Assembly: GCF_040938485.1 (NCBI RefSeq) | Contig: NW_027271121.1 | Coordinates: 186,001-250,000, forward strand | Length of the DNA stretch: 64,000 nt | From: Diadema antillarum | Lineage: Eukaryota | Direction: 5' to 3' | Part shown: positions 23,001-36,900 of the stretch, one piece after another | Layout of the letters: each line of letters begins with the position of its first letter | Numbering within the stretch: the first letter of the stretch is position 1 | The notes under the pieces: generated by a model | Told to the model about the DNA's origin: nothing | The model's input: only the letters and a program-made list of their open reading frames with translations | Databases searched by the model: none | Made by a program: the position numbers and the translations under genes

Positions 23001-23582
23001 TTGTACTTAATCTCAGAATGAATTTAAGTTAGGCAAATTCTTGCACCTCTATATTATAAGAATGAATAGGGCCTCGGTGCCTGCTACTATGTAAATCTGA
23101 GATGGATTAAAGCGTCAATCCCACTGAATTCCTCTGTTCGAGATTCCTAAACGTTAATGCAAAGATATATACTCCGAATACACTGGCGTTCCCTGGTCGA
23201 GATCGCAATCGGGCCCACCTTTTGGCACAAAGAAGCCCTTGTTGGGGTCGACCATGAGATCGGGATTGATGCTGATGAGTTCCTTCCTTATCGCCCGTTG
23301 CGCGACGTCGATCTGGTAGGTGGCCTGTTTGAGCTCCTTCTGGTAGTGGTTGAGTTTGATGACGAGCCGCCTCTCCTCGCGGTCGTTGAGCGTCTTCGCC
23401 GTCACGTACGACTTGTTCTGGCGGGGCTTCTTCTCGTTCTTTGCCCCCGAATTTTTGGCGTCGTCGCCTTCGACTTCCTGTGGATCCGGCTCCATTTCGA
23501 CTTCGTCCACGTCCACATTGTCGAGTCCGACCTTCATAACCGCCTGGACGACGTCGGCGAGGTGGAAAGCCGACGGGTACAT
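19995..23582 (-). CDS. Uncharacterised coiled-coil protein, about 259 aa, 4 exons: 23582-23219, 22424-22273, 21561-21312, 20008-19995
   Basis: Three GC-rich ORF segments join in phase: AAAG|GTGGGC to CTACAG|GT (phase 1), CAG|GTTGGT to ATCCAG|GAC (phase 0), GAG|GTAATT to CTCCAG|GG GTA ACC AGG TAG (phase 1). Heptad segment EERRLVIKLNHYQKELKQATYQIDVAQRAIRKEL. An acceptor at about 23609 implies a further upstream exon. Confidence 0.8.
20596..20872. mobile_element. hAT-like MITE with 5-bp TSD
   Basis: TIR CAGGGGCGGATCTAG / CTAGATCCGCTTCTG; GATTT duplicated on both flanks. Confidence 0.75.
21312..21561 (-). CDS. Uncharacterised gene, exon C (DKPEGDETG...AANLVR)
   Basis: Pyrimidine-rich acceptor; GC-rich Ala/Gly-rich ORF; donor GAG|GTAATT. 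Confidence 0.78.
22273..22424 (-). CDS. Uncharacterised gene, exon B (GMTQEQAELIKSRRRES...QAIQQ)
   Basis: CCTTCATCCTACAG acceptor; phase 1-0; 50 full codons. Confidence 0.78.
23219..23582 (-). CDS. Uncharacterised gene, exon A (MYPSAF...KGFFVPK)
   Basis: Strong coding-like composition; ORF track; donor AAG|GTGGGC. Confidence 0.8.
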
Positions 23583-26136
23583 GGCGAACGATGGTCGATC
23601 CGAGTGCTCTGTAATTGGAAATATAGTGAAATAACGGTTAGGGTTCGTCTTTATCGGTTTACAGAATTTAATACGACTCTATGACTATTGAGTGATTTAT
23701 TATTTACAGTGGAAACTGAGCAAGGGATAAGTATAAATGAATTTTAGTCCGTATGTAATATTGTTTTCCTGAACATCGACGCAAATTGCCCGAAAGGAAA
23801 TTTGTGAATATCCAACCTTGTCAAATGGCTGCTCAGTCATGATGGTCAGAAATAGAGAAATCCGCATATAAATGTAACTCAGTACCAAGACATGTAACGA
23901 GAAAATGTTAAATACTCGATGAGAAACACACACAGCTGTTTGCACACATCAGAAAGGTAAACTTGCGATTTAATCTACAACATTTCTCTTAAAAACCTTG
24001 TTTTGCGCCCCTGTGTTTATAAACGCTACAGAGACAGCGTTTCTGACTGTTTCTGGAATACCTTCGATGAACTCACAAAAATAGGTTGAGAAAACATGAT
24101 GAAATCCACCAGATCCACTCGAATGCTCTTGACTAGATAAATCTCAATGTGAATAGCAGGTGTATTCGAAAACATATCGACGACATCCGTACTTCCCAGA
24201 ATGTGCAAGATATAGACGCTCATCCGTTTGACGCGTATTCGTCGAAAAGCAATCTTTTGATGCTTCCAAACGATTTTCTAGGTAACGGTAAACCAATCTT
24301 GCCAACGCCAGCACACGTGTCTGACGGATTACTGTACGGTTCTGTTTACATTTTTCTTGAGAACATAAATGAGGCAAATATCGACGAACCATTAATAGAG
24401 ATTTCGTTGTAGCATGACGTAGATGCTAACCGAGTATACGCATGTGACGCAAATTGCAGACGCAAATTTCCATTCGCTCCTCACTTATACTATGTGCTCC
24501 CTGCGATCACTCACGAATGACCCGCTCGCTCCCTGGCGCATTACCCCCACGAAGATTGGGGTCAGAGGTGGTGTATATTCATGATGGGCCCCCGACTCGC
24601 GTTTTCATGTGACGCATTCATGTTTTTGTTTTTGTTTTTGTTTTTCATGCCAATTTTTGCTTCCAATATCGTTTGATTTGATTTGATTTGAATTATTTCC
24701 GCATTCAATCAAATACAAATTGAATACGAATTTCCAAAGAATAAAGACAAAGAATAAAACGTGCAGTGAAAAAAAAACGATAACAGTAGGCCTACACAAA
24801 TAGATAGATACGCATTGAGCAGTATACATACACAGAAACATAAAGAGTTACAGTATTTTTCAGTAAATAACAGAGATTATCGAATGTTCGTTGAATATCA
24901 ACGAAATCATCACGTTGTACGTACAAAGCGTGCATGCCGTATTGAAATAGCTATGATATGACATTAATTATGGTATACAATATATATAATAAACATACAG
25001 TCATATGTCTCTATATGCATAAACATGATATTATATTCAACTCACGAACAAACATCGTGATTTTATTGAATATCAGTTTTGCTTGGCACCAAGAGGTCAA
25101 AGCAACCATGCAGGTCAAAGAAAAAAATTGTCAAAAATATTGTTTACAACAATTCCTTTCTTTATTCGGGGGGGGGGGGGAGGGGGGGAGAAAGGCGCTA
25201 GAGCATGTTGGTATTTGCACGTGCATATCAGCCGATGCATCCCACAAAGTTTATCGTTCTGTAGTGGTAAAATAAGGAGCTGTTGGTGAAAATTTTGTCA
25301 CTCAAAAGATGAGATCACGGGCTATACAATTCTGAAGTTTCTGGTTTTTGTTCCGCTAATAGCAGCGTTTGTGCCCCGAGGCAACCTGCAGTTTATCCTC
25401 ACTTTCGAGTCCTTACAAGGAGGTACTCTCTCCAAATACATGTAGTACCTCCTTGGTCCTTTGCAGAGTTGAATTACAGTCTTTAGTTCTGTGGTTGCTG
25501 TATTGTACACAGGAAGGTGTCTTCCCACCTGCCTCCAGCTATACTCATTATTTCCTTAGCGGCAACGTAAAACAAATCATGCTCCAGTGTTGCCCTCTGT
25601 ACTCTGATTGACAACGTATATGATGACAAGAGTGTATATATCTCCATCTTGCTATATCATTTACACAAGATATGGAGAAAAGTATTTCACAAACATATTT
25701 CACAATCTTGATGTTACCCCGAATAAAATGGAAGACTCTCAAACTCTAATCGCTTTCTAATTGGAAGGAGTTTCACCCCTCATGATATCAATTAAAAAAC
25801 GTAATATTTGGCAGTTTTTAAACGATTTCTATATTTTTCAATGAAAGGTATAAGGCCCCTGTACAAATTACTTCATTCAGGTCTTGATTGATGATCTTTG
25901 AAATGTACAGATAATGTTATACTCTGTATGAGAGATTATGCTATAACTAACACGGTTTGGTGTTGTATTTTGTCGAATCATTGATATATTTGCGGGCGTG
26001 AAAACTTTGTGTATATCCGTTATCAAAGGTAACCGATTCTGTGTTTTATGCACATTTGGTTTGATGGTGTATAATAAAAAGAAAGTCACAAGTTTCCGCA
26101 TTGCCTTACATATTCTACATGCAGTGACATGATTAA

Positions 26137-26519
26137 AGGGATGGTACAGTATTGGTAGAGATGAGAATTGGGCTTTTAACTTTTTGCGAGATACCAAGAA
26201 AACACTTATGAAACAGTATAGAGCATACCATTTTAAGAGGAATTCAAAGTTTATTTGATGAAAATCGGGTCTGGAATGACTGAAACATCCAAAAACAAAG
26301 TAAAACAAAGCAATCGTAATAAAGAGTGGGTCCCACACTTCTTAGAATCACTCTGTTTTGGATATCTCAGCCATTTCAAAACCAATTTTCATCAAATAAA
26401 CGTTGAATTCCTCATGGACTTACATGCTCTTTCATATCATTCATAAGAGGTTTCTGATTATCTCACCAAAAAATGTTAGAAACCTGAAATTAGGTCTCAA
26501 CCAAAACTGTACGATCCCT
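26137..26519. mobile_element. Kolobok-like TTAA MITE, family A
   Basis: 20-bp TIR AGGGATGGTACAGTATTGGT with 2 mismatches; TTAA TSD; multiple copies in the window. Confidence 0.85.
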
Positions 26520-27611
26520 TTAAACTTACCTCAAGTGAAATGGATTAGACTTGTCCTAGAAATCGCACTCTGGTTACCAGGGGGTTTCACCCCTCACGAT
26601 TCAAGTTCAAGACGTACGTGTGTGTGCGTGTGTGTTTGTATGTGTGTGAGAGAGAGAAAGACACAGTGAACTCTTGGGAGACCGCGTCAGAAGGCTGAAA
26701 ATATCCGCATCGTCTGGAATACCCCTCTGACCGACCCAGAGCTGTACCTGGAACGATGGTATCCAAATTAGTGCTCGAAAGTCTTTCCACAACTTAGCTC
26801 CCAGTAATTTTCAGTTGCGCACGTTGATTGTTCGCCCAATCGCAATAAAGATGACCATGTTGAAAACATCCTCACTTCAATCGTAACAACGTGAAGCTGA
26901 CCTCGCTAACTGATCACTTGGTCCTGCTCGCAGGGAATGTCAAAGTTTTTGAGGGACTAATTCGTGACATGCCGCATGTGCACAGTGGTATACCCCTTTG
27001 GGTTTCCCATTAAAACTCAACATCACTTCAACATCTATTATGCATGTTCGCTATACAATGCCATTTGTTTGCGGTTTGTTTGCGCCGTACGTCCGACTTT
27101 CACCGGACAACACTCGCCCTTCGCCTGTTCTTCAATGGGCAGACGGTACGGAACAGCGGAAAAGAATGCTGCCCCACTCATCTTACTTGCAGCTCGCATC
27201 CATACGTTGATCCTTACTGTCGCCCAGCGAATAAAATGTATCGATTAATCGATTAGGTGCGTACTTATGTCTCACGTGTATCAAGAGTGGGATATGCATG
27301 GAGCATTGTATAACTCTCTTGTATGATAAGGCGACCTTGCGAAGGATAGCTATATACCTCAAATGAATCGACTCGCGATACATATTTGCCGTAAATAGAT
27401 GAATGGTTTCGGTTACTTTAAGGCCGCGAAAGTCTGTCCTTGCTCAGAACATTACGGGGTAAACAGGTTAGTTGGTAATCAATGATATTGTTCATGGTAA
27501 TGACGAAGTATCGACTGACATAGGTCCTACTATGTCGGTGGGACAGTTTTAGAGTTGTGAATCTCAGCATGGTAACAACTGATAACAATATACTCAAGGC
27601 CTAATCACGGT

Positions 27612-27614
27612 CAC

Positions 27615-27675
<61 letters not shown>
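27612..27675. repeat. (CAT)n microsatellite
   Basis: Read directly. Confidence 0.9.
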
Positions 27676-28719
27676 CGCGTTGCTCAAATCCCAAGTCGAC
27701 TTTTAAGTGCACTATAGTTCAATTTAGACTATTATATAGGTGGGAATTTTCAGCAACGAAATACGTTTTTACAGTGATATACCAACATGTATGTATTTAT
27801 AGGCATATGTATTTTAATGTATACAGAGAGACAGACAGACAGATAGACAGACAAATTGAGAGAAACAGACAGACAGAGATGGGGAGAGAGAGTAGGGAGA
27901 GATACAGATTTATACGATCATCACCTATGCTCAAGAATCCAGCCCTGAGTATGTGAAAATTGATTACAGGGGTTCTGATAGAATTGTATGAAAAATAAAA
28001 AAAATGTCGACACAGAAACAAACAGTTAAGTAGACACACTTATTGTGAAACAAACAAGTACATCAGTTCTGTGTTCCCGTAAATAAAACAGTCTATGAGC
28101 CAGATCAGGGAATCACGAACTATAAATCTACATTCACAACTCCTCTATCCGATTATCTGCAGAAGGCGAGTCTTAACTTCAATGAACAGACGAATGAGCG
28201 AAAGGAACTTCAGGGACTGCTCTGTATAGCGATCGACGACAACTATTCACATAACACATCCATTGTAAATGAAAGAACATCCCCCTTTTTTTTTCTTTTT
28301 CTCCATTATTCATCCTCACTTATGTTCAGGCCTAGGAATAGTCAAGGAATGTCCTTGTGACACTCAAAAGCACAGAAGATGTTCGTACACAGCTCCCAGC
28401 GGGAAAGAACACAATGTGTTCACATAGTCGACTAAGTGAAATTAACAATGTGGAGAGGATTCCTCACTGTGATGTAGTTTTTCACAGAGAGTCCACAATT
28501 ATGTTCTGATTCAATGTGTTCACAATGTTAACACGCTGTGTTCACACTGTGTTCACATCGTGTTTCACACTGTGGGGCACTGTTTTTCCAGCAGGGTTGT
28601 TTTGCTTTGTTTTGTTTTGTTTTTGTTTGTTTTGTTTTGTTTTTGTTTGTTTGTTATGTTTTTGTTTGTTTGTTTGTTTGCGTATTCTATATTAGCACGT
28701 TTATGATGTGTGCAATAAT

Positions 28720-28829
28720 AGGCGTTTTCACATCAGCCCGATGTTTCGAAATAGCGCGCTATTTTCTGACTTGGGAAATAGGAAAATATCTCGAGCTTTG
28801 ATTTTTATCGGGCTGATGTGAAAACGCCT
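28720..28829. mobile_element. Small MITE, 110 bp
   Basis: Perfect 23-bp TIR AGGCGTTTTCACATCAGCCCGAT; 3-bp TSD AAT. Confidence 0.75.
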
Positions 28830-30566
28830 AATAAGGAACTTAGGTTATGCCAGAGAGATGGGGATGTGTCATAAAAGATTATAATTATGATATTTCACTT
28901 GTTATATCTCACGAGAGTTATTCGATAACTTTGTTTAATAACATGGAGCTACGCTACCTTGTAGCTCCATGGTAATAAGGGATTAAAAAACATTTTTGTA
29001 AGGGGGATAAGCGACACGTCTATTGTAGCTTTGAAAATAAAAGCCAGATATAGATTTTGTCTTCCAGGGCAATCAACCAGCTTCGGATATTATTATTATG
29101 TTTCGCAAGTCTTGGCAGTTTTATTCTCAATACACATAACTACTCCCTTGCTCAAAAATGAATGAATCAGATGTATCATCAACATGCGTACATTGTAAAC
29201 TTACTGTGTCGCTGTGGGTAACATCCCAGGGCACGTAATACGTTCTAAATTTCAAGGGTTGTAAGATCCGCACAGTGTCAAATTGATTTGTCTTCAACGG
29301 TGGTGTGTGAGCGACAATGCGGTGACGTCATTCAGCGTCTGTGAAAGTTTTTAATCTGTGCTAGGAGGTCCCGCGGGAATAACTTGACAACGCGCGACTA
29401 CATATCGACGACGTGATCTTAGCAGGATATGATCTTTCTTTGCCTTCCATGATCACGCAATGGTTGACTTGATAACGCAAAAAAAAAAAATCTAAGGACA
29501 GACAAATAACAAGAGAAAACATGTTCTTTTCCTTTCTGCATTTGCTCAAAAATAGCTGACGAACGCCGATTTGAAATGAAAACTAAGGGATAAAGAAAAT
29601 AGAAAGCAGCTCGCAGTTTTGTATATCACGTCTTTTCAGATCATGTTTGAATCCAGCTGAGAATGGGAGAATCACAATAAAGACTCCATACGGACTCTTC
29701 ATCATCCAGGCCCCTGGTTTCCCGAGTCCCGGGTTTTTAGCTGACTTAACAAAAGTCTCTGAAACTTTTTTTTTTTTTGCCGTGACGACAGGAAACAGCA
29801 TGCAAAATTCTGTATAACTACACAACCAAAGTCAGAATTAGCAGTATCACATGACTCCAATCAAATCGAACAATAAGACAATCTGTTTTGTGATGAAATC
29901 TCCCAATTCGCTGTGTGGTAATCAAATCACAAACTTTAAAGAAAGAATTACATAGAGCAAAAAACAAACCAAAACACGAGTCTCTTCATTATCATGACGT
30001 GAGTATACCTCCGTTGAGGCTCTCGAATCGTATACTTCATTTTAACCTCATTTTATTTTATATTATTTCCAATAAAGATATAAAGTACACCAAGATATTT
30101 GCATATATATATAAAGTCAATGCAGCTCATTTTTTACAATGTTTTCTTTAACTTTTACGTTCAGTTAACATTTATTTTATTAAAGAATTTGCATGGGGGA
30201 AGGTAAATCATTATTTCCTCTGCTTGAAGCTAAGCTCCAGATTAAAGGAACCCCTACATCACCGACAATTTTGTCAAGAAGTTTTAGGCAAATTGATGCA
30301 TTATGTAGCCACAGCTTGCAATGAGTGTTGGCCTAAGTGTGGACTGCTTAAATTATCATGTATATCTTCTCTTTGTTGACTTGCTTCAAAAAAAAATGAG
30401 AACCAATATGACTTCTTTTCGTTCGTTAAACTTTCATCGGAAATCCGGAAACGAATACTGTCAATGTCCAATGTCAACTATGATCTTTTGCATAACAGCG
30501 ACTTTCTTTACACGTAGTTTCTTTCCAACTATGCCTTCTGCACATCGTCTATTTTCAATGATTTAA

Positions 30567-30969
30567 GAGGATGGTACAGTATTGGTTGAGATGAGGATCC
30601 AGCTTTTAACCTAATATGGCGAGATACTTAGAAACCACTTTATAAAAATGTTAAAGAGAATACACTTCTAAGAGGAATTCAAAGTTTATTTGATGAAAAT
30701 CGGTTTTGAAATGGCTGAGATATCCAGAAACAAAGTAAAACAAAGCAATCATAATAACTGGTGGGTCCCAACTTTTATTAGGATCGTGTTATTTTGGATA
30801 TCTCAGCCATTTCAAAACCAATTTTCAGCCATTGACTCTGAATTCCTCTTAAAAGTGTATGCTCTTTCATATTTTATAAGAGATTTCTCATTATCTCAAA
30901 AAGAAAAACTCGTCATCAAAAAACGTTGGAAACCTGAAGCCCCATCTCAATCGAAACTATACCATCCCT
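30567..30969. mobile_element. Kolobok-like TTAA MITE, family A
   Basis: Same termini and interior as 26137-26519; TTAA flanks. Confidence 0.8.
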
Positions 30970-33481
30970 TTAAAAGAATCCATTTTAGTTTTGAATATAA
31001 CGACGTGCTATTTTTTTAGCATCTGTAAAGCTATCTCTGGAGTATGGACTACTGAACGATATTCATCTTCATTGATTGTTCTTTTCTCAGAGGAAATTAA
31101 TCCTCAATTTAGAGTTATGAGTTTTCTGGACGCCACAGTGGGAATGCACTGCATGCCGTGGTTCCACAGTGGATGATCAGCGTGTGAAAACACGGCGATA
31201 TGGACAAAACTCCCTCTTTGTTTAGCTGTCGTAATCTTGGGTGTACTGTCATAACAGATCGAAAAAGATGTTTCGGAATTACGCGTGATCGACATAGAGG
31301 AGAATACAAAATTTGCTGAAATGACTTAAAAGAGTTGGTGTCCGAATCCAACTTCCCCTACCACTGCCTCGGTAACTTTGCCATTTACACTGTACCTATA
31401 CCTATGATTACTATAAAATGTCTCGTTTGTTTGTCTTGGTTTACTTTACTTTCTGTTTGGTCTGCATGCCACGGTATGATGGTAATGGTGAATTGCCGTA
31501 TCAAATTCTAATCTAATTACCATACATGTCTCATTAGCCGAGCTATAGAAGCGTGCAGTTTAAATTATCAAATTCAGTTTTCAGGTCTTTGGGAAGAATT
31601 TAAATCAAAATTTGTAAACACAATGTAGTATCGATGTGGTTGCAATACGGTACATGAATGCAAGAAAAGCAAAAATAGTGGGAAAAGAAATAAAGACTGA
31701 CAGCATTATCTACTGACCCCCATAATGTCCTGTCCTTTCCCAAAAATTTGAATATCGATTTCTTAAAACACAATAAAACAACATCATGGACACTTCTTCT
31801 CACATGCTCTAGTGCAATGACTGTGTTGAGATAATGCTGTTTTGAACTCATTGTGTTATGTTCCATTTAACGTGTAACAAGTTGATTGGGGGGGTTTGAA
31901 AGAAATGTATTGTGCGCTACCTGACCCTGTTAACTAAAATGTGTTTCGATGCAAGTCATATCCTTGAGAAGTGTGTATAAAGTGTGTCTCTTTAGAGAAA
32001 CGATCAATGAACACAAGAATGTCTTATATGTATAAATAGGCCGAAGCGCGTATTGTCCTCAAACACATTAATGAATGTTATCGATTTTCTATCGATGCAA
32101 GCCTGACCATATAGATACCATTGATATAAAACGAAGTTGTTATGTAATGCCGAGTAATCCCCTTGTAAGGAATACCTTCACTTCTTTTCACATATTTATA
32201 CAATCATCGAGAACTCAAGTCATGCATGCGCATTGTCACTTTGAAGAACAAGATAAAAAAGTTGATGTTCCTGTATAACAGCGCCAAAATTTATGCGACG
32301 AACCATTTTAGTGGCTGAAAAAAAAATCATGAATAACCGTGCAAACCCTTAGTCAGTAAATGAGAATTATTAAAGGGAATGAAACACTAGAAATCCGATA
32401 GTAGGCCTAAAGAAATCGCTTACCTGTAACGAAGTCATCGTCAAAATATTGGCATAGAAATCCTGTTCAAAACTAGACCAAACAGCTTTCCATGTCTCCG
32501 TTGATATTAACGACCACACGACTAAGTTGATCAGGATTCTAACTAAAAACGCTCATCGCGGAATTACGTATAGTACGTTTCTCTCAACGAGTGAAACTAT
32601 AATGACGTCCCAATCTGAGATAGACGGGAGTTAAACTCAGGGAAATAGACTCCCACCTTCCTGATTGGGCCATCTGCCATCTGCTTGCATGTTTTTTTTT
32701 TCTCGGTTTCCTACGAGGCCACTCTCATGTTATTGTTTGTCAACAAGGAGGGAATTATCCCCAAATCGCAACGACTTCAAAGCGGATTAGGTCCATAGTG
32801 GCAGACAAGAATGGGAAAATCCGATCAAACGTTCAAGCGCAAGACAGTAACAACGTCCACAGAGAGAATTACTTTTCTCTCTTAAAATCGGCTTAACGGA
32901 CGATATTGTTTTCTCGAAAATAACGGATACCATCTTGTGTCAGGAGGAAACGGATAAGTTAACAGTGTAGCTCCCTGTCTTATATTACCGAAGACTATGA
33001 CAGATCACTATTATGGGACTTTGTAATTAGAGACAAAATGCATGCTAATTTTCGACAGCTAAATGGTAATTACTTACACAAACAAACTGTAAAAGTCAAG
33101 ACAGTGAGGCGCCTGAAGTTGACCACCTATTCTGTAATTATCTGCAGTGAAGGGTGGTCAGCATCATGGGTTTACTGTGGCGACGATGCATCAAACTAAA
33201 ACCAGTCACTCACGCTATACTTCTTGCATTTTTTTTTTGCACGATCAAATGGGCTTTGAATAGTGTTTGGTAAAATTCTCAACATCGTTTCGACAAATTT
33301 CTCCCCATTAGAGCCCTAGAGTTGTCGTTATCAAACCTTATATTTTTATCATCATCATAATCACAATCAAGGTCACTTTAGCTGATTGAACTTGATGTGA
33401 ATTATTAACATCACAAATGTATGAATTGTCTTCTCATCAGTTCCATAGTATATCCATGTTAGCCCCCCCCCCCCCCCCGGA

Positions 33482-33587
33482 AACTGATTGACAATTTGCC
33501 CTTCATCTAGCACTGGTTATAAAAACACTGAATAATCGGGGCTATATTTTCACATCGATGAAGGGCCATTTGTTAATCAGTTGCAAT
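33482..33587. mobile_element. Foldback family B, short copy
   Basis: AACTGATTGACAATTTGCCCTTCATC ... GATGAAGGGCCATTTGTTAATCAGTTGCAAT. Confidence 0.6.
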
Positions 33588-33885
33588 AAAAACAACTTGA
33601 CGCTAAAACAAAAATGCATTAATTTGAATAAAGTTCCCTTATAACTATCCTTCATGTTTGTGGACATGCGGTTAACCCTAGAGTTCTCCATGGCGACTTA
33701 TAGACTGCTCATCATTCGCGATCCATCTTTGTTTGTAAAGCGTTTCCCTCTCTAATTACCCAATACGTCTCTCTTATGAACATAATATTCTGTCATTCAG
33801 GATGGCTGAATTCTAGTAGGTAGTAATGTATGGAATTGTATAGAGCTGCAGAATCAAATTCCTTAGGTATACACCCTGCAATATG

Positions 33886-33916
<31 letters not shown>

Positions 33917-36900
33917 CAAAACTCAAATCTCAGGTAGGAACCTAAACACTGCCTACCTCATTTTGCCATGCACCAGACCGAGGAGTACGTCTTTCAGTCC
34001 AGCTGCCTCACCGGAAATGAGGTCAATGTCTTCGCTGTCATACTGGTCATACTGTTTTCAGGTGAACGTGCCCTGTCTGTGGTCGGTTTGATATTGTTTT
34101 TGAACAGGTGCTTGACGCCTTCCTGTAGCAGTGACGAATGGATTGGTAGGATCCTAATGCAATTCATTTCAAACTTCAATTTGTCGACAGAAAGTGGGCC
34201 TACAATGTAATAAATGAAATTGGACATACATTTGAAATACTGAACAAAAGCAAAATAGCATTATGCTCATGTTTGTAATTAGATAAACACACACACACAC
34301 ACACATACACGCACACACACAAACACACATTTATATATTATACCAAAAAATGGAGAGGCCGACTCAAAAGATTGTGATTGTAGGCCTGATTATGTTGGTT
34401 CCTTTAAAAAAATAGTAACAGTAAAAAGTTTACAGGTACAAAGAAAGAAAGAGAGGAAGAAGGGGACAAATATCAAGAAAACAAAGAAGGAAATAAGTGA
34501 ACATTACATGTCGAAACAAAAGCCTATACCAAAGCCTATAGATCTATAGTTGATATAAAGCCCTCAGAGACGATTAGCCAGGAGTGGACAGTACAACGTA
34601 AAGCAACTACACAAGTGGGATATTGGAAACCACTGGCAACACAAGTGACTATCAACTATTTGAAGACTATTTGGAGTAGGTCATAAAATGTCGATGACGT
34701 CAATAATTATATTCCCACGACATATCAGGGCCAAGCGTGATGTTTAAGGATGGAATTAATAAATAAGAGTGTAATATAACGTCTGAATGAAGTTCTTCAC
34801 TGGTCTCTTAGATGTATTTATTGCGTGAATATGAAATATTCATAGATTATAGTTGTGCGTAGGAGACCTATTCACACAAAACTTCCCCTGTGGTACTTCA
34901 TTAAACAGTCACTGAATATCTTGCGTATCATTTTGAGTACATGTACCACGTTTTCTTTTGCATTGTAATCCCTCACTTCACACTTTAATCGGCAATTGTG
35001 CCTTATCATAATAACCAACCCCAATATCTCCAAGAAACATTCAAACCAGACCTCGGCAACAACAATACAATCATTCTGTAGGCCTATATGTTCTTCAGTT
35101 AGATGAGGATATAACACATGCTTTTATTACATGTAAACTGAACAGAAGTTTTTGGAATTATATTTCTTGGTTAATTCAGCAAGTTTTTCATGTTTCTGTT
35201 GACATTAATATTGTATTTCTGCTAAAGAGCAATGAAGAAGAGGTAGTAGATGATTTTATGAATAAAGCTTTTTGGCGTATTCATAAATTGATAGTAATTA
35301 CAAAGGTGTTGATAATAGAGAATGTAGATTGCGATATATGTTTCTATCAGAATTACGGAAAAGACTTGAAGTAAACAAAACACGTTGTGGCAGACCTTTG
35401 TTTAATCTTCCAAATGATTTATTTGATTATTTTTGAATTTCTCTCTGATTTATGTACGCAAATGAAAATTTTGATGTTATCGTTGTTGTTTGAAATATCA
35501 ATAAATGTTATTTGAAAGGAAAAAAAATCTGTATAACATTATGTTCATAGTTATGAGGGATGTCATGAGTTGAGGTGCTCGCGTATAGGTTTTTTGTTTT
35601 TAATTCGATTTTAGGCGTTTGTGAGGGTGTCTATTTGGTGAGCTCATTTTCATTTGGTCCTTTGTCAAGTAATGCCCAATAAATCTGATTTCAGTTTAAC
35701 AGTGAAATGGTCATGATATTTTCTTTTTGCGTTTGTCAGCAGTTCAACAGAAAGAATGAATGTCAAACTATTCTCTGTCTCGCCAATGTTCTGATTAAGA
35801 AGAGATTCTCATCTTGCCCAAATGAAGCAATTTTCCTGACCAGTATTCGATGTGTATCCCCGAAGTTTAGAAAAAAAATACAATATTCAAAACTGTGTTG
35901 CACACAAATCGAGGCCTGTTAGTCGGCAGGAATCGAAATCACACCCACTCATTTATTATCTTGAAAGGTGCCAGTCTCTCCCTCGTTTTTTTCTACCTTA
36001 TCACTTTGATTAAACTGAAATATCATTACAAACATTACTGAAAATATTCAATCCCTGAAAGCAACTTCAGACGCACTCTTAAATATTATGTAGGCCCTAC
36101 TTATGAATGCTCCATCCCACCACAGCTCAACATAGCCACGGTATGTCACACAATCGACCAATAGAGGGCGTACTATTATTCCATTTCACCATGACATAAT
36201 TATTCATTCTGTACTGTGTGTACTTCTTCTCTGCCTCACTTGACTATTTTTTTTACAAGCAATTTGCCTTGTTTCATCAGTTTTGTAATTGGATATTTCT
36301 ATGAGGGGGTTGTAAACTACAAGCTCAGCGTTTTGCAGTCTCCATTTCCAACAACTTTCTTTCGGTATTGGTGATGAAATTTACGAATGTATCACAGTTC
36401 ACATTTTTTCCATTATACATTGTTGTGTTATCATGTGTTTACAAATATTGTAATCATATGTCTTGGAAATGAAATAAAACGAAATGAAATGAAAAGGAAC
36501 AAAATCCAGAATCCAAACAAGCCTCTCTTGAAGCGAGTATCCAGTATCCACACAGATCAAGGGGGTATAACCGGGACGCCGTACATTGTAACGAACACCG
36601 TCTACCAAGAAGATGCTTGTGTGGAAATGGGGATAAAAATGAAGCTATAACTATCGTAACATTCTATGCACGGCTTTAACGATAGAAGATATTAAAGATG
36701 ATTAATTTGTCCGCTGTCCCAATCCTTCTGTTAGAAACACCTTCTGCTGAAAGTAAAAATACAGGATTAGTTTTATGTACATTAGCGTTTGATAATTGTT
36801 TCTTTATCACGAACTGTATCTTTTTGTTTTGTTTTGTCTTGTTTTGTTTTTTTCCTCGTGGTAATGCTGCTGTTGATAGCAAAAGACATTTCATTGACAT

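Noticed and set aside
23157-23684. 175-aa + strand ORF
   Set aside because: Antisense shadow of the GC-rich coding exon on the - strand; no independent splice or homology support
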